Of a stretch of 64,000 bases of DNA, positions 45,401-59,821 are shown piece by piece. A program made the position numbers and the translations under genes. The stretch's first letter is position 1. The number at the start of each line of letters is the position of its first letter. The DNA lies in contig SMSO01000014.1 of assembly GCA_004764695.1 (NCBI GenBank), forward strand, positions 181,648 to 245,647, in the 5' to 3' direction. The notes below the pieces were generated by a model. It saw nothing but the letters and a program-made list of their open reading frames with translations. It was not told the origin of the DNA and searched no databases. Source of the stretch: Schizochytrium sp. TIO01 (taxonomy: Eukaryota > Protista > Bigyra: Labyrinthulomycetes).

Positions 45401-48400
45401 GAGGCGTTTACTTGTTGTTATTTCTGCGTTGGTACTGCATATAACAGTGCAGAGTGGTGTTCCTTAATCTTATATTTTTTATGTTTTAAAATTGAAATCA
45501 TTTTGCCCTATTTGAGCTAGTAGTTCTCTCACTGTGGCACTTTCAAAGACACGCTTTGCCTTTTTCGCTTCCTTTCCATCCTTTTGATTTAAATAAAAAT
45601 TAAAAGTACCTTTTTAGAAGAAAAGCTAACGTAACCAAAATAGGAATGCGCGCACGCCCAGTTTTGGTAAAGTATTTAATGTCTATTCTTACCAATGTTT
45701 TTTCTTTTCTTTTCTTTTTTCTTTCAAAGTTGACATCCTTTATTCTACTCCACCGCCTCCGGTAAGGTGACTTTTTATCTAAGATAGTCTTATCTTCTTC
45801 ATCGTTTAAAAAACTAAAAAAACTTATTTTTAAAAAAACTTTAGAAGTCCTCAAGACAAAACAAATATTTCTACTGCTTTTTTTTTTTTACATTGAAAAG
45901 GTAGTAGCACTTGAATCAATAAAACACCGAAAAGGCTCAAATCTCGCTAGGACCTCTTACTGCATCGAAGGTAATCGAGAGAGCGCTTCTCCACCTAAGA
46001 AATCATGGAAGCTCTTTGTTCATCAGAATCTTCCAACGAGAAATTGTTTTCCTTCTTTTCTCTTTACGCCTGTTCCAAAGAAGCAAAAGAGTTTACTACA
46101 GGCAGGCAAGAAGGCAGACACTACTGCTGCCCAGGCGAAATGGAAGTAGCCTTCAATAACACTCGCGAGAGCATTAATCGTTGAAGGAATAGGAAAGAAT
46201 CACAAGAACCAAAAGAAGAACAAATTAGAAGAAGATTATATCTTTATAAAGTCCATGGGTGAAATTAAGACTACCTGGCTCCTAGATATCTGCATTTGAA
46301 GCGAATCTCCAAGTTGATACATTTCCAGAAGGTTTTTCCGAGTCCTCTCATGAATTCTCAAATGATGATCAGAATTGATATCGGCGCTTCAGAGGGAGAG
46401 GGTTAGTTTTACAGATCATATAAGATAAGTATATAAATAGATAAAGAGATCTACAGTAGTTTCTTCTCTGAGGCGTACATCTGCAGAGTTGACGGCGATA
46501 CTTGGAGATTTACCAACGCTAAACTTACCACTTCCACTTGCTTGCTTGCTTGCTTCCTTGCTTCCTTTCAGGGTCTTGCTCTTGCTTTGCAGCTGCTTCG
46601 CTGCGCTGCGCTTCAATCAGAGAATCTCGCTCGTTCATCCATGCAAGCGTGCATCATATTTCCAATGAATTAACTCCTCGAGGTTCTGCGAGCCAGAGCG
46701 CCTTCCGCGCTTTCATAAGTGCTACAAGGCCATTCGTGACCAAGAAGAGCACGCGTAGAAGCGTGGAAATCCTAGATCATCGGCGACTTTCTTTTTTATT
46801 CATTTGTTTACATACTTACTTACTCACTTCCTTAACCATCCATGGCCCTTGATTCCTTGTGTTACGTAATCTTCCTAACTCTTTTTAAAACTTTGGTTTT
46901 AAAAAAAATTAAAAATTTGAAGGAAAAGTGAAAGAACATTTTAAGATCATCAAAACATGGCACAGATAATTATAATAGTCACATTCAATCGCAGTTGTCA
47001 CAGCCGAGTCGTAAGACCGTCATTTTGCTGCTGCTTCTGAGATTGTAGATTGATTAGAGGCCACGAAAGTCGGTTACTAAGAAGCACAAACGCCGAATTT
47101 CCGAAGAAAGATATGAAACTACGGTCTGACCTACTAATAGTGCGAGTATTCTAGCTCCTTCCTGCGTATCTTGAATGGTGCGAGGAGCTCGGTACTTCTT
47201 TTTAGAGAGGGACAGTTCTCCATTTTTTTTTACGGGCGTTTACATTTTCATTCTCAGATTTGGAAATAAACTTCTATAGGCTCTTGAACAGCCATGTTGA
47301 TCTAGCTAGGACATCCACGTGCTAAAGTTGACTCATGCCTGGTACAAAGGAGAGTTGATCAGGGATGCTTTCTTTACAAAAATAACATCTGCAAAGCGTC
47401 ATCAGGTTGGCAATACTTTTTTTCCTTGCGTAGCATGTCAAGTGATCACCAGGCCCCGCGTTCTTTCCTTGAAGCTCCTAAGTTTCCATTTTTGCTCTTG
47501 TTTCTCTTGTTTTTTTCGTAAATAATCTTGAGAAATGAATTCTTATCTTCTTTTATTCAGAACTTTAAGCTCGTAAAGGGGAAGCCCACAGTGGGGAAAT
47601 CCCCAAGAATCACAAAGAAAGAGTATTCTCTAACACTGTTTTACCTTTTGAAGTATTTACTTTCTCTTTCTGTTTGTTTTCTTTTCTTTCTTCTTGTCCT
47701 CAACAGAGGAAGAAGATCTCAATAGATAGAATGCATTGCGAACCCTCGCTAGCTACTTCGGAATAGAGCAGGCTAAAGCTATCTTTTCCCGACCATGAGT
47801 TTCCTGAAGCTGAGATCATCCAAGAGGGGGGAAGTTCTCACGGCTCTTCGTTTCGTCTCCCGTTCCCTAACAATACCTTCGTGTTCACTACACATGTCTG
47901 GCTATCCAAGGCGTTTCGACCAACCCGTTTCCCTCGCTCAGCCGCCTAGTACCGGTCACCGCAAATTCCCCTTTTCGAATTCGAAGTTTATTCTATTTTT
48001 AATTCTTTTGGAATTTGTAATAAAAATTAAAAACCTTCTCAAGATGGGAAGGAAAGCTCGAGCTTAAACTTCCCACTCACTCCTACGCAGTACTTATATA
48101 ATAATCATGATCATAATCAGAAGAATAAAGTGCCATCAGTGAGTATCTATCGTACACCACCGCAAAACTAAAATCTTTCTTATGATGTATGTATCTATCA
48201 GACACCTTATTCTGAAGCGCCAGCGTTGTCAATTCATGTAGAAACTTATCTCTATAAATTGATGTATCTATTCATCTATTTGTAATTGCGATTTCATGAA
48301 TGAATCGACACGTCTGAGGAGGAGTAGAAGCAGGCAATCGATGGGGATGACTTCTCCCAGGAACGCCAGTGTGCACAAGAAAGGAACGTCTCCGCAAACA

Positions 48401-48822
48401 AACAAACAAACAAACAAACAACTTGGCAGCATGCGACATGCGCGAGGCTTTTGTCCCAGCCTCCCAGCTCACTGACCGCTTCGCTATTACCACGTCTTTA
48501 TTGAGTGCCGCTTTCCGCTTTCCTCCTTCTCTTTTCTTTCCTTTTGTGACTTGCGCTAATCTGCACCTACTAATTCTCTCCTCCTTTTTCTATTTTGACA
48601 GAGTTGAGTTGCAAGCTCTTTTTAATCATGTATCTTTTAATTAAAATTTACAGAATTTAAAGTTTAAAATACAAAAATAAAGAGCAGAGCTTTTCTTTTT
48701 CTTTTTCTTTTTCGTTTGCTTTTTTTGGGGGGGGTGTAAATTTAGTTGTTGTTTTAGCAAAATGTTCATGAGGAGTTCTACTGTCAATAAGAAATGAGCT
48801 CTTCTCTACGGCTGCTCGTAGG

Positions 48823-48912
48823 CGAGGCTAGTTAGTATCTAGTGCCCGCTGCAGTGTCGTCAGACGAGCAGCCGAGGCTAGTTAGTATCTAGTGCCCGCT
48901 GCAGTGTCGTCA
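48823..48912 (+). repeat. Perfect 40-bp direct duplication with a 10-bp spacer
   Basis: cgaggctagttagtatctagtgcccgctgcagtgtcgtca at 48823-48862 and 48873-48912. Confidence 0.95.
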
Positions 48913-50987
48913 TTCACCATTCCTTCACTGAGATCCTGTGTCGTGAGATCCTTCGTTCGTCGGCTATTCTTTCTTATTATGTGGTGGGGCATTGCACAAG
49001 GCTGCTCTCGCTCGCTTGTGCTCCTTTGTTTCATATTTGGCATGTGGTTTCTGTCAACTTTCGAGGACGAAAAACCGAACGACTCGCAAACCTCGTACTT
49101 ACGTTTCAAGAAGGCGGGGACCGTGCTTTCATTGTCTCGTGCTGTCGAGAGAAGAGTCAACTGCGCTAACAAAGTTCACTCATTCATTTCGGTTGAGCCT
49201 TTATGGGCTCACTGATGCCCTGGCCAAAACACCGCTTCTTTCCAACGACCGTTGCGACAATTTCCCATCACTGCACAGTCTCTTCTTCCCCTCAAGCGCA
49301 GCAGAGATAAATCAAGCAAACAAACAACCCAATGAACTTCGCATCCACCTCGAAATTCGCAAAAAAGCAACCTGAGCCCTCTCGAGTTGTGTATGATCGA
49401 CATTGCAAATGAACTTCCTCACTTCAATCGATAGAATAACTAAATCGTGCTTCAAGATCAGAACACCTTCAACGACACTCCTCATTACACAAGGTCGCCG
49501 CAGGGATCCAACTCAGCTACCATAAGACCGGACCTCCAACCAGAGATACATTCATAGATAGATAGATGGATAGCCAAGCGACCGAATCAATGCTACACTG
49601 CCGACAGGGCTGTCGCCGTCTTCCACTCTTGCTCACACGCTCAGTGACTGACTGGAGCTTTCACTGATCCACTCACTCACTCCTTGGAGCCTTCACACTG
49701 CTGCTGCCTGCGATTGTTGATCAATCCATCAATCAATCGATCGATTCTTTCATCCTTCGAACTAACTCAATGCTCCCCAAAACACTGACTTTCTTCAAGT
49801 TCTTGCGTATGCATCAAAGGGATAGAAGTGCACTCAATGAATCAATGAATGAATAAACCAACAAAGTAATTAACAAAGCAATTCGTAAAAAACAATTCAT
49901 AAAACAATGAATGAATAAAACAATGAATGATCTATGAATGAGAATCATCCTGCGAATGAAAATGACGGCAAACTTATTTAACCCAACAACAAGTACAATC
50001 GAGCATGATACTTTCACGCAAAGGCCGGCAAGGAAGCCAGCACCCACCGGAGCACCGTCCTCCGCGCTGCTGTAAGCTCCTCAAGCCGCCTACCTTTCCA
50101 GCCAGCCACGCAGAGTTTCCATCGGCGCCACGGCAGAGGACCAAGCGAGCTATTAAAACCCATCCTGTAGAGTAAATAGTACTCAGACAGAAAAACTTCT
50201 TAGCATGGCCATCCGTCGACTTTGCTACTAGCTGGTTCTGCTGTTTCATCCTTCTCATTTCTTCCTCCTGTTGTCTTCCCCTTTTTAATTAAATTATTTA
50301 AATCAGAATGACTATAACACGAATCGTAAAGATAAGTAAGTAAGGAAACAAAAATCAATTTGTATTTTTGAATGGTTCTTTAAAATGCATGCTTTCTTGT
50401 TCACGCCTGCTGCTGCCCGCTTGCCAACATAACAATGGTATTAATTCAAAAAACAACACACATCTCAAACATCATGATTTCAATTAAATCTATTTTCTAA
50501 ATTAAATATTAAAATAATAATAATAATAATAATAAAACTATGGCTATTGATTCATTCAACTCAAGCCACTTTCTCAATCACACTGGCCGGGAGCATGATC
50601 ACCGTGGTGCAAAGCGATCGGGAACGGAGGAGGAGGAGAAACCACCCTCCCTGCACGGCTTGAGCCGGGACTGCGGACAGCCGGCGAGGACGGAGCTATC
50701 TAGATGTCCTGGCGGGCGGAGTGAGTGAGTAAGTAAGTAACTAAGTAACCTGGCTGGCTGGCTGGCTGGCCCGAGCGCCGCTGGAATTGACCTGCGGCTG
50801 GACAGAAAATGAAAAGCTCACCGCTCACTCCCATCGTCCACGGATTGTACAGCCAACCAGTGGCTGGAGCGAGCGGTTGAGGGAGAGAGCGAGCGAGCCC
50901 GCAGGAGATTTGCGTTACCAGTTCCATGACAGACACTCAGGCCCGAGCATCGCAGCAGCTCTTTCGGGGCGGTCTGAAAGCCTCTAA

Positions 50988-51180
<193 letters not shown>

Positions 51181-54100
51181 TAGTCCTACAGCACAAGAAA
51201 CGGCGCTTGGCACTTGGATCGACAGATCGAGGAATGAATACATACAGAAACCAAGAAATATGAAGGCAAGCTCACGTGCCCTGAGTGCGATTTGTCTGTC
51301 TGTCAGTCTGTCTCTCTGGCACCACCCCCACAGAAGAGCACCTGCACAGATTTAGCCAGCTCTCTCAGCCAGCTCCTATCTATCTATCTATCTATCCCTG
51401 CTCACGAATGAATGAACCAAGGAACGAATGGAATCGGCGGCAATCCTGCGAAGAGGTCCAAGAAGCAAGTCATCCTCGCCGACAATCCGCTCCTTCAAAT
51501 GTATTTATTGATTCAACACGCAAGCAAGCAAACAAGCAAGCAGGTCCATCGCGGCGATGAAAGCGGCACGCCCGCCCGCCTGCCCGTCGGACACCGGGAT
51601 CAATCGAGGAGAATCTGGGCCATCTGCGAAACGCCTTCAACCATCGGTGCGGGCCTTCCGCGGCAGCACTTAGGCGGTCAGGTAGGCTTCTTGGCGGATG
51701 CGCCGGTTCGACTCCAGCACGGTTCCAGCTTCTTCATGTTTCAATGAGCAGGGATCCAAGTGGCAAAACGCCGCACTGCTTGCCAGGTACCACCATCACG
51801 GTACACACCCGGGTACTCGCTCGACGTCTCCGCCAGCAGCAATCAAGCTAGGCTCGACCGAAACAAGACGAGAGACTCAACTCGCGGCGAGGAGGCTCGA
51901 GCTGCGTGTGCTTGCTTGCTCGCTGGCAAAGGACGACTCCTGGCAGCAAGCAGTAGCAATAGCTAGTTTAGGGGACCTGGCTTCTGCTGATGGCTATAGT
52001 GCCCGTGAAAGAGTACTGTTTTTCAGGCTTGAAAGCACCCTCTGCTGGCTGGCAGCTTAGCCTGTAGTGTTTATTTGTTTATCTGTAGTATTGTTCTCTT
52101 CTGCTTTCATGTGGCAGATACCCATCTGAGGTTAATCACTTGCTGCCCAGATCGGTAGATATGCATGGCTTCAATCCATGCCGTGCCTGCTTGCTTGCTG
52201 GCTGGCTGGCTGGCTGGCTTCGTGGGTCCCTCCTGCCTCAAGGCATGGCGTGACTTGCTTGCTTCAGAGACATATTACAATTCTGGCTGCTCTGCACATT
52301 TCCAAGTCGCTCTTGTGTGTCTCCAAAACACACTGCTGAAGTAAAGGCGCCATTTCCTCCACTGTCGTCACTAAACGCAGAGCTATCATCCTACAAATAA
52401 AGGAAAGTTTGCGGCTCTGCCCTTCTTCACCCAATATCTTACTTTCAGCAGCCGTAGCTTACCTGGCGCGCAGACGCCACACGCACGCGGAAGGATCGCA
52501 AACGCCACTTCAGCCTGCAAATACCCGCAAACGGGGACAACTAAGCGGCATTCTTCTTCTTCTATACTTCCTCTTCTTCGATGATCTCGATTTTCGAAGA
52601 CTGTCTCCTTTTCCCTCCTCCTTCGAAAGTTTTGCAATAAGCAAGAAAAGAAGAACTTGACTGACAGACAGACCTCTTAGACCTTCCTATGGACTCCGCT
52701 AGGCAGATGAAAACAGCTCTATGAAACACCGGATTTTCCAATCCTTTCTTTTTATAAATTTAAAAGTTTTTATAAAAAGATGTATATGTAAGAAAAACAT
52801 GTTTATTATTTAATAAGATTACCTCAAGCAGTGCTAAGCAAAAGTGCCTCTATCTGCTGGAGATCCGGTAGTCTGGCAGGCCAGCCATCTTTTTTTCGAC
52901 GACACATCTCCGACTCCGACGGCAAAGGCAAAAGCGGCCTCCTCCAGCCTGCCTGGGCTCAACCTTGTGAATATCACTGTACAATCTTAGTCCAACTCTG
53001 CTTTTAAAATGAAAAACAAGTCTTTTAGTGAAGAGCCTGATTTTTTTTGATTTTTTTCCTAAAGGAGCTCCTAACAGATAGGGACAAACTATGATGAACC
53101 AACAAAGTCAGATTCGAATTTGCGCTCACTCATCTGCGCACTGGATGCAGTTGTTGGTTTTGCACGACTTACACTCTAACTTCTTTCTGGGCGTTAACTT
53201 CGAGAAAATGGCATTAGAACAAAGTCAAGTCATGTCTATGTAGAGACTTTGCCAACAGAATTAACTTTTTAGGATTAATGAACCAACCTCCTCCACAACT
53301 GATTTCGATTTCTAGACTCCGACATAGGGGCACAGGTTTAATTAGCCCTGTGTGACCTGGAGTGTTCATTCGAAAAAATTTTACTACTGCTCTTCTTTTA
53401 ATTGTTTTAAAACAATTCCTAAGATAATTTTATTTTAAACCACTGGATGCAAGTTATTTATTCTTTAAAAGAGCTTTTTTTTCTTTCAATTTTCCAAGTA
53501 CTTACTATATTATATTTCTATTGATTTAAAAAAACGTTCTATCGTTCTTTCTACAATTATGCTGTGCTTTATAAATGATCTCAATTTTATGCACAAACGC
53601 TTGTTTTCCCATATTATAAAAGAATATGTAAAAGGGGTTATTACATTTACAAAGAGGATTCTGCGCTATAGACTACTAATATATAGGGTGAAAAATCAAA
53701 TTCATCTAAATACCATATGAACTACCGGTTTCGAGACTAAATCTTCGGGAACCTTCCTTCTCTACATTTCTTTACAATTTTTTTCCCCAAGTACATAACG
53801 TTGCCAAATGGGTTATGAAAATTTGCTTATCCTGTGAAGCAAAAGAGATCTTTGTACTGAATTGAACGAGGAAGGAACATTCCCCTTTATTTAAATATTC
53901 GAACAAATACTCTTTTCTACTTTCGCTTCTGTTAAATTCTCTTCTTTCTTTTTTTTTTTGAAAATAAACTTTCAGGACTTGTTATGTTAACATTTGAAAG
54001 AAATAATGAATTGCTAGGAAGTTGGTGCATGACAAGGAACGCGTGCATTGACCATATCTCACCACCTGCAAATTGGATTGTCCAGTATACTCTGAAAAGT

Positions 54101-57100
54101 TATGTTTGCATAGTTCCACGCAGCTTTTTAATAATTGAGGCTGCAAACATGAGCTTTTTTCACAACAAAAAAAAGCGAGCCGATTGATGGAGAAGAAATG
54201 ACCCTCTCAAGTCAATGGTGATTTATTTCCCCACTTCGATCCTCTTTTAATTATTCTTAGGATGCTCCTATCATGGCCGGAGATTCGAAAATTGGCCACG
54301 CGTACACTTCTCTCCCACGATCATGATGAAGCAGAAACCGCCCCCCCTCGATAGTTCGACGAACTCGTCGAGAGCAAGCAGGACATCGTATAAATTATTT
54401 GACAGGTTACATGATCTGGACGGTTCAAGTTAGTTGACTAGTTTTCTGGCGTGCGCATGAGCAGCAGGGTTCCCGCGCGCGCTATAAATGACCATCATGC
54501 TCTGAACAATACTACAGTCTTTTTGTTTTTTAATTAATATGCAGAAATCACTGGATGCCAGGACTCTATGCAATGTTTTTCCAATTGAGGAGAAGTCTTC
54601 AACTGATGTTTTCTCATTTGTAGAAACCTTCGCGCAGCTTCTAGGATTTGTATTAATTTTAAAGTTAGAGTTATCATACGAATGAAGGGATTCATAATCC
54701 AGTATTTGTATGATTTGCTTGATTTCTAACTTTGGCACAGAAAGCGAGTATAATCTTCGGCATTGAAGAAGAACACGTAATCAGGATTCCCTCAGGGAGA
54801 CCTGCCCGATGTGAGTAATACATATAAACTTTCGGCGTGTTGGCTCAACCAAAAGCAGGAAAAACTCTATGGTAATACAATAACTTTCTTCTTTTGTACC
54901 TAGCAGAGATTATTTCATTTCTGTGGCTATTGAAAACTTAATAAAACTTGGTCAAGTACGTACAAAGGATGACAAGCAGAACAACCCCTTTTGATACTGG
55001 ATTTTTTTTTTGTCTTGACTCGCGCTGCTTAGATTTTCCTGAATCTCCCTCACGAGATTAATCATGTAATACATTTTAGTTTCCAGCTCCCTCACGTTTT
55101 GTCCTTTTGCTGGATAAATCCATACGCTGGCTCGCAATTTGCTAACATCCACCAATTTATAGCCATAAGGGAAACCTCACAAGGGCTTATGCGACTCCAG
55201 CCTCGCGGTTCAATTTTCCAAGATCAATGACACTTATTTTTTAAACTTATTAAGACAAACAAAGAAAACAGAGAAACTAAAAGTAAGAGTAGATTATCTC
55301 ACAAAGTAGCAAACGCTCGAACAAAAATTCCATCTACGGTCGCTCTCGCGCACAACTCTCAAAACTGGTTTCCCGATTATAACGTAATAAAAACTGCATA
55401 TTAGATATAGTCCTTAAGGCGACAAACATCGTTTCAATGCTTTGAGTAAAGTTGTTCCCTGGTAACACACTTCATCAATGCACTACTAGGTACATAGCTG
55501 ACCGCCCATATAATAGAAATTCATGACTCCCAGTACTAGGTAGGTAGGTACTACAATCGTCCTTTAAACGAAAGTAGCAACCAAACTGAGCAATGCCTGT
55601 ATTCCATACTTTTTAAATTCTAGAATGGTTCTGTGGAGCCTGTAGAGCTGCACCAAATGCAACGCCAGCTTCCCCTGCAAGACCAGCATTCCACAAATTC
55701 CTGGGTATATTTGCTGGACTTCCTGCGAATGCAAAGAACAAAAAGAGACACGCAGCATCGTAAACTTCGTTTTACGCTTGGCCTTCTTATTTGACTGTGT
55801 CGATGGAGCCGCACCAGGCATCACGAGAGGAAAACACTGAATCAAGGCACACCTCATTTCTGTGGTTGCGGCTACTTCGCAACATGATTTTCCGATAAAA
55901 ATCTCAGTTATCCAGAGCTTTATATTTGGTGCGTCGCCGGATGTTTTGTTATGGGCAAAGTCTAATCCAGGGCTGCTGAAGATTATTATTCTTACCCGAA
56001 CCTTACAAAGTCAAAGGCAAAGAAATATGTATTAATAAAATATTTTGTTTCTTTCGCTCGACTCATTTGCTTTATTAACAGGTACTACCTGAATAGTAAC
56101 GATAGACTCTTTGAACTAAGCGATTCTCTGAGTCGGAGCTGCCCTAATAATGTTGGCAGTATCAGATGGAAGAACTAACCCGTCCCAGTTATTCATGCTA
56201 TGGAGGAGTTGTAAGTTTAGGCAACGGATGGAAGCTAGCACCACGAAATCCCTCGCTCGCGTTTCCTTTCTGTCACTTGGCTGCCTTGCGGAAGCTTCGC
56301 CCTGGCGGTCAGTTTACTCTACAACAGAACGGAGTTGTACATAGTAGGTATTGTACTACTCGGCATAACAGAAACTTAGGGCTTCACCAATCAGCAAACA
56401 GCAGTTAGACAGCATGTAAACAAGAGAATGATAAACCGTAGTTTAGCATAGTGCAAATGTCCTACTAATTAATTGGAATTTTATATTTGTTATTTGAATA
56501 ATCATGGATTACATAGGCAGTGCCTCGGCTAATGCGATATATCTCAGTTTTAATTTACGTCACCTACACGAGCGATACAGTTGTTCCCGTTATTGAAAAA
56601 AAAACAAAACAAAAAACTTTGTGACTTACACTGCTGTAACTAAGCGTGAAACGTTCTTGTCTCCAAAGATATATACATGGGGCCGGTGCTGAAGTAATTT
56701 GGCCTTGCCATTTTTGTTAACTTACTACATTTAAAGATGCAACAGACCTACTTGAAAAACAACCGACGAAACACCTATTGCAATATTATTAATCGAGGCT
56801 CAAGTTGTTCAAAATTCTACTCTCCAATGCCCAGATTTTCATGAATTTCAGGGTGGTCATATCCCGGAGCATACAGGATCTGAGCTCAAGATTTCAACTG
56901 TTGTTAGCTCTAATTTACGACAACTCGCTCCTGTATCAGTTGCAATGTAGCATCCACCCTTGGAAACTCGCTATTAAATTTTATACTCAACGGAGGGAGG
57001 AGGAGAAATGCGCACGCCAACCATTTTGGTCCCTCCCTCACTTTGTCGGGCCAACCATTCAGACGGGTAACCTCTACGCTTTAGAGGAATATTCTCTTGA

Positions 57101-58221
57101 ATCTAGCACGAGCGATGACCACGGCCCCGACGTCAGAAAGAAATCGCTATATATCCTGTGCGAGCGAGCGTTGAGGCCCTTTCATGATATATAATAAGTT
57201 TCCAGGCAGAGAAAGAGACCACACTCAGATTTTGGTGTCAACAACGAGAACTCGAACCACCAGTTGGCGACTCCAACTTCCTTTTCCTGTCACGGCAATG
57301 GAGATACTGCAGGTTGCAATGTTGCACCAGAATGCAGTCACAATAATGCGAGGCATGCATGCTGTGCTGGAGTGTGAGTAGCTGAGCAGTTGACAATCTT
57401 CAGCACGCCATGAATGACGCTTTAAAGACTTGAAAGTTGCGCTTGTGCAACGTTTGACAGCAGACCGACCAGTCATTTTAAGATTCTCTTAACAACAAAT
57501 GCTGAATTTCAAGTCGAGAGAGATTAGAAGAGAAAACGTGCCTGAAGAAGATGCACAAATGAAATTAAACGGCTCGTACGAAATCTTGGCTTTCTTATAT
57601 TCTGCCAGTCAAGCACCTGCTCAATATAGATCTTCTCTTTTGGTCTCTTTTAATAACAATTACAATCTCCAATTCCCGCTTCTTCTTCGTCCAGGTGGTG
57701 GTGGTACCAAGTAGCTTGATTGCACTGCATGCCAAAGCACGAAAGTGCAAACACAAGGATAAGTCTAAAGTTCTTGCTACTGTGTTCTGCCACTCCGACG
57801 AAGAAGCTCGTTTTTTTGCGCATTCACGACACCATCGATCTCTCTTGCCGACCTCGGCCTATGCGATTTCAGGCTCTAGCGTAGTGCTTTCTTTTGCTGG
57901 TAAAACTATTCATTTGAATCGAGATTGACGAGGGTTTTCAAGCCACTTTATACGCGGTACCTACCTACCTACCTACTTACCTCTTAATATTATTAAATAA
58001 AGACAAGCACAGATTAAACTCTTCGACTGATGTCGTACCTTCTCCTTCCTCTTCCATACTTCCTTTTATAATAAACCACCCAAGGCCGCACTTCGTTTAA
58101 ACGTGAAACAAATCATGAAAAGCACATTGAAAACCAAAACAAACAAACAAACAAACAAATCCTTCTTTTCTCAAGACTAATAAGAACCAACTTGAACAAA
58201 AACAAAGAAGCATATTAATAA

Positions 58222-58222
<1 letters not shown>

Positions 58223-58252
<30 letters not shown>

Positions 58253-58255
58253 AAG
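58223..58255 (+). repeat. (AAG)11 microsatellite
   Basis: Seen directly. Confidence 0.95.
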
Positions 58256-59753
58256 CGAGGACAGAGCTCTACGAAAAGAAAGGAAAGACGCCCTCCACTT
58301 CGCCTTTTCCCGTGCGGGCTCAAGCCGGTCCCTCGCTTCCTCAAAAGTCGCTCCAAGGGTCGTCCTTCAAACCGTCCACGGCCTCCCTCCGTGCGATCTT
58401 CTTCCGCCGCACCTCCAGGCCATTTTCTGCAAGCAAGTGCTCTATTCTATTCTGCCGGATTGACTCCAAACCAATTCTTCATTTAGTCTGCCTTTTATCT
58501 TCTTCGCCTTCAACTGCTTTTGCTCTAATAATAAGAGCTCCTCGAGGATCCTCGGGACAACTGACTTACAGACTTACAGACTTGCAGACTTGGCACAGCT
58601 TTGAGATCTGCCGGGAGGGAGGAGACGACGTCGCAGCCTCACGCAGCCCTCAGCTCTGCCAATTGGACCGAAGGGCGTGACAAAGGAATGGATGCAATGA
58701 ATGGACCAACACATCCTTACATCATTCATCAGTGAGGAGTCAAAGACATCGTTCCCGTTTTTTCTTTCTTTCTTTCTTTCTTTCTTTCTCTCTTTCTCTC
58801 TCATAAGAACTGACTGACAAGACCGGGCCGTGATGGCCTTTTATGCACTGTTTACTTTTATTTAGCCCTACCTTTTTTCTTTTTGCATTCATCTCTGGTA
58901 TACCTTTTTTCTTTTTCATTAAACGCTAATTTTCTTGTCTAAGTCTTGTCTCTCTTTTTCTAATTAAATAAGTAATGGCACCTCCCCTGTTAAAAGATTA
59001 ATCTAAAAGGTGTTTTTTTTATTTTAAGAGAGAGCTGGAATGATTGGCCCTTTTTTTAAATTAAGGAACACCCCCTTCGGTTCTATTTATTGACTTACTT
59101 CCTATTTCTTTCTGCCGTGTCTAGTCTCGTCTGATTTGTTTCAAAACAAAAATAGTTTGCTGTATACACCACACCCATGCGGCTTCCTCTCTTTTGTGTT
59201 TTAAGTGCACTTAAATAACTTTTATAACTTTAAAAAGGCAACATTTTACAAATGGATAGAACAGGTAGTTTCATCTGAAACAAATTGTTCAATAATCATG
59301 TATTTATTTTTATATGAAAACCTTTTGTGTTTTATTTTCAAAATCTCCAACTCTTTGATTGAAACAGAATAAGAAAAAGGAAATAAAAAGAGAGGAATGG
59401 GAAGAAGGAAGAAAGAATGAATGAAAGAATGAATGAAAGAAAAGGGGAAAACAGGCAAAAGTAATAAAGTTGGTAGTCCCTCCTTTTGTTTCTGCTTCAA
59501 GACCGAGATCGAGGACGGTTCAGACATTGGGCATGTATCTACTATTTAACTTTTCTATTCTCTCTTTTCGTCTCTTTTTTTTTTTTCTTTCCCTCTCCAG
59601 AAAGATTTTATTTATTTTCGCTGTTGAGCCAATGAGATGATAACCCTGACTCAGCCTCCCTCTCTTAGTAAGTACAGCAAAGCCGCCCCAATCTTAAAGA
59701 TTCCAGGATATTGCCCAAACGCCATTCCGAAACTTTCTGTTTTCAACGAGAGG

Positions 59754-59821
<68 letters not shown>
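59754..59821 (+). repeat. (GATT)17 microsatellite
   Basis: Seen directly. Confidence 0.97.

Noticed and set aside
48823-48912. CRISPR-like repeat-spacer-repeat
   Set aside because: Only two copies, a 10-bp spacer, eukaryotic context and no cas genes.
51651-51728. tRNA-like GGTTCGACTCC T-loop/B-box at 51705
   Set aside because: The T-stem has a mismatch, and I could not build a convincing D-arm/A-box or anticodon arm. tRNAscan-SE would settle it.
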